A stretch of DNA of 64,000 nucleotides from Raillietiella orientalis (lineage: Eukaryota). Where the stretch lies: the NCBI GenBank assembly GCA_036172245.1, contig JAYWIR010000037.1, forward strand, positions 868,001-932,000. The letters are read 5' to 3'. Of the stretch, positions 39,639 to 49,640 are shown piece after piece. The notes under the pieces are model-generated. The model searched no databases. It was not told the origin of the DNA and saw only the letters and a list, made by a program, of their open reading frames with translations. Every line of letters begins with the position of its first letter. Position 1 is the stretch's first letter. Made by a program: the position numbers and the translations under genes.

Positions 39639-40859
39639 CACCATTGACAAATCTGTCCATTCCTCTGTCCATCAAAAACAATTATAAAAGCAGTCGTCAG
39701 CCATGGTACCCTAAGCATATGTTTATCTGACTTAATTTTTCCGAAATTGACAAAAGTTTTAAAGAAATCTCGATATAATATTAAGAGTCTGTGCATATAC
39801 TTCAAGCACAATAAAATACTCATATCGCATAAATTTGACTCTACAGAGTCTGTACCTTTCTCATTTTTCATCATTCCAGCTGGTTTGAACAAACAAATAC
39901 GTACGCCGGTTTTTATGCAACGACTGTGTATACTTTCTAATCAAACAATCAGGCTGTAAAAAACTTTCTTTCGAAATGCAGAATGCATTTATATTCTGCT
40001 TTTGTGCTGTATCCAATTTCTGCGTTCCTAGAAGCTACTCAAACATATTGATTTTACGAACTGTCATTTTACCTCCGAATAAAAAATATCTGGACTGAAC
40101 ACAGGGGAAAAAAAAACTCACTTGGTTACCAATTAATTGCTCGGGGATTCTTCTAAGATGAAATTCCGATTTTTTCGTTATCGAAATCTTGCTTTTACAT
40201 TTCGCATCGAACGTCTAGGATTTTTTGATTTTTTTTCAGATTGGACTGTCATCATGAAATTATATTTCAATGTAAGATTCAGAAGATGACTTCAATTACA
40301 ATTTTCAAAACTAAAAAAAACAAACTGAAGAGCAGCGTCCTAAAGTCCTAAAGGCGCATTTAGCATAAACATTAGGAATTCAGTTCCATTGCAGAGTGAT
40401 TTCCAATTTTCTGTATATCAATTTTTGCTCATAAATATCAAAATTTTGCAATGTAATTTGTACTAATCAGTTCCGATCACTCTTGCTTGGATGGATGATG
40501 TTCTTACCAGTTGACATATGTGACGCGCTCAAATTCGGAGAACACCATGTTTCTTTGGAGACATGCTGATTCCAGACACGTCATCCCGTCAACTTGCTTC
40601 GAATAAAAATTACCCGAGAACTACACATTTATTCGCGACAGCGAAAGACAAAACCTCAAATCATAAAGGAGAAGGGAAGACACCCTAGCCAGAACCAAGC
40701 TTTGATCACGGGAAACTCAGATCCTCTCACAGGTAGCGGCAGTGCACTTGTCTCCACCCAACCATCGGCAGATGGACAGGTGCTGGAGCTCATCAGAAAA
40801 TACCTTTTCCTCTCACCCACCTTCTTTCCACTGAGAAATGCCTATGCGCTTCCGGTTCG

Positions 40860-41570
40860 TCAAACGAAGAGCATTCGAAGACGCCATACGTTCATTTTCT
40901 TGGAGATGGCGATGGCGATGGCGATGATGAGGAAGAAGGGATGGTGAGTAGGAGGAGGAGGATACAGAAGGGGAGAAAGAAAGGAGGCAAGAACAGCATC
41001 TGCAGTTTTGACACGATGCAGCACTTCCTACTCGGGCCGAAATGTATCTGGAAGGAGGTTTTCATCTTCAGAAGAGAAGTCCCATCCCTCGCTCGGTTCC
41101 GACGCAATGCCTGTCCTCCCCCCCTACTTACCAGCAGACCGCCATCTTGCCGATGCAGTGGGGTCGCCACGTGCCTGCGAGGCAGATCCCAAAGGAATGC
41201 CCCCACTGCGGAGTGGTAGCTTGCCGCACACGCTGCTGGAATGCATACGGAGGTCTCGTCACGGGCGCAGCAGTTCCCGTGACATGCTGTCCAACGTGAA
41301 ACCACTTTTGAGAAATTCTGGTCACTCCTGCTGGCCTATCGGTTGTCGGCTCCTTGCTGGTGATCCTCCACCACGTGGGAGAGACGGCAACCTCCCAAAT
41401 GGAGGAAGGGCGTTACTGCTGTCCCTCCGGGGAGCTCCTCGCAAGCTTCCTCGCCTGCAGGCGGAGGGCAGCGTTACGACCCCACCAGAGTTGCGATGTG
41501 CAGGGTAACCGTCGGGCGATTGCGGGGAGGACGGGCATGACTCTTCTCCTCACCCCCTTCCTTGCCTGAA
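40860..41570 (+). pseudogene. Remnant resembling the N-terminal (pre-exonuclease) region of arthropod-type Maverick pPolB
   Basis: Ordered fragments across frameshifts: RAFEDAIRSF, PLRSGSLP, SNVKP...CW, LVILHH, QSCDVQG. Recalled consensus: SAF..I, P.RG.SY..LP, INV.N.D..CF.W, LA.LH, SINV.G. Confidence 0.35.
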
Positions 41571-41599
41571 GCAGGCCCTCGGGAGTCCTGTTGATAACT

Positions 41600-42925
41600 C
41601 TCCGGCCTGTCCGTCCCAGTTCCTGCTTATTCCTCCTCGCACTCCCTAGTTCCGTCCCCAGCCATGCTCCTATGGGTCCTTCCCTGCAAGTGGAAGTTTC
41701 CATCAGTTCAGTAGACAGCACGGCGTGGGCCTGGTTGAGGAGGCGATACCACGATAGTCTTCGTCTCTGCATCTCCCTCGAAGCAGGAAGAGCGCGGAGC
41801 TCAGTCCTTTGGACCACGGAATGAGATCGAAAAAGGCGTTCATTCCACCTTGAAATGTCATCTAAACTTTGTGGGTCTTCGGGACAATCCTCAGGTTGCT
41901 CCATGGTGCGGTTGTTGGGTCGGATCGCGAGAGGGAGAGAAATCATAGCGAGGATCGGTCAATGTCGCCCTTCCACACCGCTCAGGAAAAGTCCACTTAG
42001 CAAGGGGAGCTCTGCAGCTTCTTCCTCTTGACCTCATCTGAAGTGATAATGGGAAACAAGAGCGAGCAGTGCTCTGGCTAGAGGTGAGGCTTCGGACAAA
42101 GATAGCTTTCAGGGTCTTCGAGACCTTCCCACCGCCTCAAGGGACCTTCCTTAGTGCCAAAGATCAGATCCTCGGGAAAACTGAGAAGGAAACGGAGGAG
42201 TTCGCTGCATATCTTCAAGGCGCATCTTCCCTTCTCTTTGGCCTCGGTCTCTCCCTCTGCCTGAAATCCGGCATCCTGCCGGTTGAAACAGAGACGGGTG
42301 GCCGTTCCAGTACCGCCGCCGCCGCTGAACGCGACAGCCATCAGCCACGAGTCTTCCATGTCTTGCGCTGTGAGGGCAACCAGAAAGGGCAAGGTGATAG
42401 ACGCTAGAGGGGATGAAAGTGAGCGCATCTCAAAGCAACAGGGACGTCGTGTCGTCGCTCACCCTGATGCCGGGCAGGGAGGAGAGATCCCTCTCTTAGC
42501 CTGGAGGGTTCCAATCTCGCCCATCGGCTGCAGATTCGGTCACAGCCCTTTCCTACCACCCAGCCCCAGGGAGAAGGGAGGAAGGTAAAGATGGGAGTCG
42601 ACACTGAAATAAGAAACCGCAGGGATGGAAGGAGAGAGGGATGAAAGGAGCGCGTGTTCCGTACCAGAAACGAAACGAGCAGGACACAACACCAAGCGGT
42701 CCTAGAGCGAAGAAGAGGCTGAGGAAAGGTAGAATTGTCTCCCTTCCTTAGTCCTCCCTCTCCTTCGACCCTCCCCCCGTGCCTCCATATCCTTGACCTC
42801 ACAGGGAGCCACTGGCTCTGCGAGGCCGGGATCAGGATTCCAGCATGAGGGTGCGGGATAGAGAGAATGGGGAGTAAGATGGGTGATAGAGGAGAGCTCT
42901 GGTCGATGGGAAGGAAGAGCACCGA
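41600..42925 (-). pseudogene. Maverick major capsid protein (double jelly-roll) remnant
   Basis: ILIPASQSQWLPVRSRIWRHGGRV (~42770-42840; cf. IRI.I..QD..LP..S.L..EG), LLRFLLSFPEDLIFGTKEGPLRR (~42135-42200; cf. LLGFAEDY..I..K.EL.L.R), KPHL (cf. MPHV), FQGGMNAFFD (~41826-41856; cf. FQT....FD), all in the expected order. Confidence 0.5.
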
Positions 42926-43149
42926 GTCATAGAAAGAGGGCAGGAATTAGGCAAGGATCATTTCCTGTCTTCTCTCTCTTCCCTTCCCTTGCGGAAGGGG
43001 AAGGAGGGTGATGTCTTCCTGGGAGTGGGCAAGCAGGGCTAGGTGCACGAGGAGAGGAAGAAAGTGGGGGACGGGGGCGGGTGACGTAGACGAGGGAGTT
43101 CCGAAAAGGGGAGGAAGAGGGCAGAAAGTGGAAAGACCTCCTTTACCCA

Positions 43150-44900
43150 CTATCGAAGGTCCTCAGCGAGAAAGAGCCGTCATCTACGAAGATCCGTCGC
43201 TGAGGATGAGGGAGAGGGAAGGAGAGGAGAGGAAGGAGGAAGGAATGGGCTTTCTGAAGCCCTTGGCCTCGCTGCACTTTTTTCAGGAAAACACTCACTC
43301 CCCCTTGTCTAACCGGGGAGGTCCAAAGGGCCGAAGAGAGGAGGAGGATTGGGATGGAGGTGCTGGATGAAAGCTACGGCTCTCTCTCGCGGGAGGACGT
43401 TGGACAGGGAAAGGAGGAGGAGAAGGGAGGAGGAATGAGAGAAGAGAAGGAAGGAGAGAGGAGGAAATGAGAAGGCTGCCGACTTCTCATCTCGTAACTG
43501 CCAGAGAGACTCCCTTGACTTCTGCTATTCCACTTTTGTCCCCCCGTCTGTCTCGGAATGCTCCGGGAAGCGGAATTTTTTCCCTGGAAAGGTTTCCCCT
43601 TCTTCCCAGGAAGCCCTGGCTTTACGAACATTTCCTCGCAGCCAGTCTGGGAGATGACGCTTCCAGGGTCAGATCATGGACCGCCAGTCCGCAATCTCAG
43701 CGACTACTCCATGTGCGTCAAGGATCCCTTCCTCCTTCTGGAGACGAACCCCACCTGACCAGCTCCACTAACCAGAGTGTCCTCTTCCCCCTCTCCCCTG
43801 ACTCACAGGCTAAGCTTCACGAACCCCCCTTGCCTCCTTCAGCCCTATCCCACTGGGGTGAAGAGATGTGCTCTGTCTTCTCAAAGGGGCTCGCCCGGCT
43901 CGCCCCCTCCTGTTCCCTTTCCCTCCCATCCAGCTCATCCCCCCTTTATTGCTCCTCCTACCTCACCTTTCTCCGTCCGCCATCTCTTCGGAGTTTCCAG
44001 AGGACCAACAAAAGGGTGAAGGAGAGTCCCTCCCTTCCATGCTGCTTCTGCTTCTGCAGGGAGCCTGGAAACGCCCCTTCTGCCGCTGAACTGCTCTCAC
44101 AGGGGATGCTCCCTCTACTTCTCTGCCTCTACGTCTACTTCTCTGACCGGAGGAAAAGGAAGAGGGTGCTCTTCCTTTTCCTCCGATCTCACGTCCCGAG
44201 CCTTCTGCCACTCCCTTATGTGCAGTGAGGGTGAGAAAGCCTACGTCTAACTCCAAAGGGTGAGAGGAAGGGAGAGAGGGAGCCCAGAAATTCGTTGACA
44301 GATCCACCGCTGACTCTGTGGAGAGTCAACGCTGCCCATCGTCCCTGAAAACCTTCCAGTCGGGGAGCCTTTGTTCTCATGATAACAGGAGAGATCGCCA
44401 CCTCCTACACTCGTGCGGAGGGGAAGTCATCCTTATCTGCTGCACGACCCTTCCGGGAACACCCACTGACTCCCTTCCTTCCTTCACCTCCACCTCGTTC
44501 TGGGATCCTTTATCCACCCCAGCCGCCTCCCAAGAGGAGGAGGGAGCGGCAGCTGCACTGGCCGGCCAGCGCCACTGCCCGGGGCTGGGAGTGCCGCTCC
44601 GGGGCGCGGGAAGAGGAGTGTGGTTGTGAGCGAGGGTTGCAGGAAAGAATGGTCCTTGACAGAAGGCGAATCCACCTCACCTCCTCCCGGTCGCGTGATC
44701 CGGCATCCCTGGATCGGCTCCTCCGCCCAGGGTGGGGTTGACAAGTGGCTCTGGAGTGTTCCCGGTATCAACCGGCAGCCCCTTGGTGCTGGAGGACAAA
44801 GGAGGGCGAAGGAGAAGGGGGATCCGGCGTCTTCCCTTTCGCATCTCGAAACGCTCACGAGGACGGGCATCATGGAAAGCTTCCAAATGACAGGGGAGTT
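43150..44900 (+). pseudogene. Protein-primed family B DNA polymerase (pPolB) remnant, exonuclease plus polymerase regions
   Basis: Collinear fragments in shifting frames: AVIYED (43176; cf. VIYADFE), NEKAADFS...RDSLDF (43466-43522; cf. EKYISF..IDSL.F), FFP, YEH..QPVWE (43623-43653; cf. DYEHA..VW), RNLSDYS..KDPFLLL (43690; cf. TLGDY..DVLLL), EMCSVFSKG (~43863; cf. DM..F.E.GIRGG), SSYLTFL (~43952), HR.LKTFQS (~44337), TDSL (~44466; cf. DTDSL), AQG.VDK (~44725; cf. AKGV.K). Confidence 0.6.
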
Positions 44901-45649
44901 CCATGTCTAGGTCCGAAGGAGGGGGCAGTCCGAAGCGGAACAGGAGGGGCATCTCCTCCACGGGAGCTTGACGTCAGAGGGAGAGGGGGTGATTCGAAGG
45001 CGCGAGAGATGGATCCAGGAGTGCTCCTTAAGGTGCTCTCCCAGTGACGTGGAAGAACCGTCCCTTCTCTTCCTCCCCTGAATATCCTCGCCTGTTCGCC
45101 TCAGCACATGACTGCTAAGACAACGGGAGCCGAAAGTCATGCTCGATCGCATCGGAAGCAGCAGCTAGAGAAGGCCAAGAATGGGGATTGGGTCGTTCAT
45201 ACTTAAAGGAGGAGTAGAAGGGTGAACCTTCGCATCGACCTAGGCGGCTCTTGCAGAAGCTAGGGTACGATCTGGAGACCGCGAGATCGCCATGGTTACT
45301 CGGGACAGGGTCTCAGTAGAGGAGCTAGCAGTGGGGAGGAGAGAGAGAGAGGAAAGGAAGAGAGGATGGATTAAGGGAAGGGGGAAGGGATTCTCTTCTC
45401 TCCCTTCCCTCTGGCCGTCTCCAGGATGCACATATCTCTTCCCTCTTCCCCCTTCCTTGAGCGAAGGATAGGTACTTGCCTCCTCAGGGGACGCCCGAGA
45501 CTCTCACGAGTTTTCCTGGAAGGCAACCGGCACCACATCCCAATCTCATTGCCGGTCGACCAATAGGGAATTATCCCCGAGATCCTTCGGAACTAGAGCG
45601 GCCGCAGAGAGCTTCTTGTTAGGGAAAGGCAAGTCCGTTCAGCACCCGG

Positions 45650-46230
45650 CAGGAATTTACGCCAGGGATGCGGCTTCATACTCCTCCTATTCTCCATTCC
45701 TCTTTCGAGAACGCTCCCTGGAGCTTTGAGCAGCTTTCTGGGGAGAAAAGGAAAAACGGTCGCCCTGGATCGGCAGCATCCATCGCTCACGGAAGTCCCC
45801 TTTTCGGACTGTTGGGAAAAACAGCATCCCTAGAGCGCGCGCGCTCCCCTCCGCCTTCCACGTGCATTCGAAACTCCACAGGATTCCAGCTGTTTTCTAA
45901 TGTCGCTCCCTGATGCTCTCGCGCTGGGTCCTCCCACCAGAACCGAGGGCCGACGAGAGGCAAGCTCCCGTATCCTGGTTTCCGCCCAAGCCTCTCTTCC
46001 CGCGAGGAGAGGCGGCGTCAGAGACAGCAACGCGACTGGAGCCCCTCATCATCATCACCCTGGACTCTTCCTCCTTCCTAAGAGGGAAGGGAAAGCATTA
46101 GGGAGGAGTCGAGCTCAGCCTCATGACGTGGACCGCGCTGAGAGGGGGAACTTGCCTCACCGAGGGCGAGGAAGGGGTGGAGATCCTCCGGAAGGAGTGT
46201 GGGATCTCCTTTTCTTCCCCTCCTTGGCCG
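45650..46230 (+). pseudogene. A32/FtsK-like packaging ATPase remnant
   Basis: Degenerate Walker A LGRKGKT (GKT at 45750-45758), Walker-B-like EPLIIITLD (46039-46065) followed by FLRGKGKH (cf. F..GRH) and ILRKEC (cf. IR.N). Confidence 0.35.
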
Positions 46231-46359
46231 GAGGCTAGCTCTCTTGCTCTCCTTTGGCCGCGACACGGAACTCCACAAAGTATGGAGCGGCTCTCTGTGC
46301 ACCCGCAGCGGCGGTTTCTCGAAACATCCGTGGCTTCCGGAAAGCCATGCCATACAGGA

Positions 46360-46820
46360 ACGAGGCGTAGCAGCAGTCACTGACCTGGATGAGGACCCAA
46401 CAAGAGGTTCCGTTGGGTCCTCATCTTCGAGTAATGGGAGGAATGCCGGAAGGGACCCTCCTTCAGAGCGGAGAGACAAGGGGAGGACTGGGGAATCAGA
46501 ATGCGCCGTCTGGCCAGCAGGAAAGGAAGTTCCCTGTCCCTGAGACAAAGGAACGGGGGACCTGCCATCCGATGTACCCATCACAGGTAGCGCACCTGAG
46601 CTCGTCTTGCCTATTCGCACGGTGCGAGAGGGCCCATCCTCTTGGAGGAGGGCCGAACTCCCGAATTTCGCCGTAGGGGCATCCCCGTCACCCAGGAAAC
46701 CAAGCTCAAAGAGCTTGGATCCGTTCCCGAAAAGGCCCTCTGCGGCCAGCGGAGATCCTGCATCCGTTCCTGCATCAGGGGAGGAGGTGGAACTTGGTCC
46801 ATTTCCCGAACGAAGCAAAA
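46360..46820 (-). pseudogene. Possible minor capsid (penton) remnant
   Basis: In ORF 46078..46818(-): LFELGF (cf. LLGF), VRIG...G.L.VMG, SPVLPL, LEDED. Weak but collinear with the recalled Maverick penton pattern. Confidence 0.3.
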
Positions 46821-46899
46821 GTCAGTCTTCCTGCGGTCTGCCCTTCGAATGAGAATGGCTCTTCCTGCGTTCCCGGGAAAGTGCTCAGAATAGTCCTCG

Positions 46900-47600
46900 A
46901 GAAAATCATTTCCCAGGCCTGACGGCCTCCAGAGGACGGAAGAATCCTCTTCCTCCAGTTCTCCTCTCTCCGTGAACCGGGAAAGCAGCGCCGATCCCGT
47001 CCCGAGCATCCTGCCACGACTGCGCCCGTTTCTGGCAAGGGAAAGCCCTGCCGGCAGCAGGAACGGCCGATTCCGGTACGATGATCTTCGGACCCGGTGT
47101 GTCTGATGGTCCGCGTCCCGTCGCAGAATAAGGGAACCTGGGAGCAGGGGTCCATCCGTCGCTGCCGCTTCTCCCGCAGCAACGCGCTCCTCGCCGTGTA
47201 ACCTATACAATGGAACGCTCTCCCTCTTTTCAGGAGCGCGTTCCCGAAACACCCGTGCGTCTCCCGGCTTGAGAGACGAAGGCCGAATGAAGCGTTTGGT
47301 TTCTCTGGAATGTCAACTCCAGGCGATCTTCCCGTTTGGAAGATGCGGCGCCCGGCGAGTCACAGAGCGGTCGTCCTGAGCTGCTGATCCTTCTTCCTGT
47401 CTCCTCGATGGATGGGTCCGCTGTTGGTCCCTGAAGTTTTAACGAGCCATCTGAACGAGTCCTCCCACGTTGAAACCGATCTGGAAGGGACGCTCTCGAC
47501 GCATTCATCATCCCCATTATCGAACAATGGGAAGGGATGTTGTCGTCCCAGTGGAGCAAATCAGCTGCTTCTGTCATTCAAAGGTAATTATCGCCCTTCC
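46900..47600 (-). pseudogene. Retroviral-type (rve) integrase remnant of Maverick type
   Basis: DRLELTFQRNQTLHSAF (~47278-47328; cf. D.L..LV..YN.T.HS), LKPGDARV (cf. FKVGD.VRI), VPLYRLHGE (cf. P.TY.L.D..GE), RG....VLW (chromo-like tail), in order. Confidence 0.45.
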
Positions 47601-49149
47601 TCCTCCCCACGAATCGATAAACAAGGAAGGTAGAATCAAAAACGCGCGGGATAAATTCCAAGGTTCCCGGATGTTCCACATTGTCTTCCCGATACTCCGC
47701 TCAAAGTTCAAACGTTTTCAGGAGACTGTGAAGGGGAGGAGGAGGAGGAAACGGGCAAAAAAAAAAAAAAAAAAAACGAAAAAGCAAGACGCGGAGTGCA
47801 GGAAGAGAAAGGAGCAGCGAGAGGAGCTGAGTTTCCGCATTCCGTGCACGAAAGATTCTTGAGAATTCCACGCGTCTTTTCCACGGCGGCACCGGTGTTG
47901 CAGCCGAAGACCAACCGAGAGGTCTCGCTCTGGTGGTAGCAATAGCGAACAGCCGTTTCCAGTAGCAACGCGGGTGTCGAGACGCGCCAGCTTTCGACTC
48001 GAACCTTCGAACCTCCCCCCCTCCTCCTCCTTGGCACGTGTGCCAGGAGCGCAGAGCTCGGCGAGCATCGAGGAGACGACGCTAGGCATTCCGCAGCGGT
48101 CGAGATGAGTCGCGCGCTCGCGCCCGCTCTCCCCACTCTCCTGAGGCAGGGCGAACCGGGCGGGAGAGCCGTCAACGACTGGGCGTCGCGCGTGCTTTTT
48201 TTGAGAGAGGGTCTCGCGCGCCGCCGTGCGGCCTGAAGGGAAAAGGGTAGCTGCGGCGGCAGCATCTTTGGAGGTGAGGTGCCATCGTCCCTGAAATATT
48301 CTGGCCGCCTTGCTGAGGAGGGCGCGTGGGTGGCACCGCGGAGGGCCACCCATCTCCGCAGGACGGCGTGCAGCCGAGCGAAGGGGCCTTTCCGAGGGCT
48401 TCGCGTCGGATGGGGCTCGCCCTGCCGGAAGGGAAGACGAGCGCGCAGAGATTCCGAAACTGAGCCATGCATGCAGCAAGGGTGCCAGCTGCCATTCTGA
48501 TGCAGACAGAAACTGAAGGACTCTCGTGGAAATTCCTCCTCATTCGTACTCGTGAAGATCGTGCGCCTGTCTTCATGGAATCCGAACTTTGCGGGAATCT
48601 GCATGTTCCAGTAACTTATGTGGAGCGTCTGCCGACCTCTCTGAATCCTCTGCTCTCACACCAGTCATAAATCATGTCTTAGCTGCTCGATAAAGCCCAG
48701 AGCCGCTCTGTCCTTCCGTAACTGAGATGACTGACTTGTTCTATCCTGTTTCTCCCCCACCTCGTGCTGTTACCCTAACGTCCGCCGTTGCATTCAGCCG
48801 CAGCGGTCCTTGGAGCGGCCACGCCATTTCGAGTTCTTTGCTTGTTTGAGCGCAGACTCGTGTCCAGACGCTCTCGGACCTACGCTCTCATGTTCCCGAA
48901 GACCACCTCCTTCTCTCCACCTGCCATTCTCCACGGTAGTGCCTAGAAACCATACGTGGGCAAAATACAACCATGCGAGCCCGGAGTAACGACAGCGACT
49001 GCTGTACTCCTTAAACAACAGCTGCTCGCTCTAGATCATCGTCCATCGCTCCAAGTGTGCGTGGACCGGAACATCTTAGCAGCAATATACCAGCGAATTG
49101 GGAGGTCTTCGATGAGACTGACTCCAGGAGGAAGGACTGGTGGTTGGAC

Positions 49150-49640
49150 CAGGGCCAGCTTGCAGACGTTGCGATCTCAAGTGGCCCCATCGAGAGAACG
49201 CTGGGGTGCGCGGCTCGTAATTCCACCGGAAGATCTCGAGTGACTTTCAGCGCCCCAGAACACTCACATCCTCCCACTGAAGTGACAGGAATCGGCGCTT
49301 CTCTTGTGTGGGGGACTCCTTCGCAACTCCCGCCGACATCACTGAACCCGGGGAGGTATGAACCCAAACTATGGCAAGTGCGGAGAGCAAGAGTTCTTCC
49401 CGCATCTGTCTGTGGACTGTTGCTCTCCGGCATCTTTGGGAACGCTTTACCGTGACCCTGCGGATCCCCGAGGGTGATCCCAGTGACGTTATCAAGTGCC
49501 TCTTCGTGCATGATGCCCTCACGCCAGTCGCAGCAGCATTCTGCTGCCTGCACAGCATCGTGGCGACCTGGAGCGTCAACAGCAGGACGACAGGGAGCGC
49601 CATCCACTTTGAAGTCCGTTTTCTCAGAATCGCAACAAGA
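49150..49640 (+). pseudogene. Possible decayed Ig-FN3 cell-surface protein fragment
   Basis: LGCAARNSTGRS (Ig C-x-A-x-N-x-x-G), HPPTEVT..SLVWGTP (FN3 start), IVATWSV...GSAIHFEVRF (FN3-like); frameshifted. Confidence 0.25.

Larger units (their letters stand above)
40850..47620. mobile_element. Fossil Maverick/Polinton-like (adintovirus-like) endogenous element
   Basis: Five core-gene remnants co-occur in one GC-rich block (see sub-features), each recognised from several collinear degenerate motifs. No TIRs or TSD found; ends approximate. Confidence 0.6.

Noticed and set aside
42950..43000. FLSSLSSLPLRKG as a pPolB motif
   Set aside because: Out of order with the main motif chain and in low-complexity sequence; shows the chance-match risk of this method.
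45130..45230. Adenain-type protease (NGDWVV resembling GxHWV)
   Set aside because: Catalytic His absent and no downstream D/Q/C motifs found.
40500..47800. Maverick terminal inverted repeats and 6-bp TSD
   Set aside because: No matching inverted ends or AGTAGT/AGAGAG termini found by eye.
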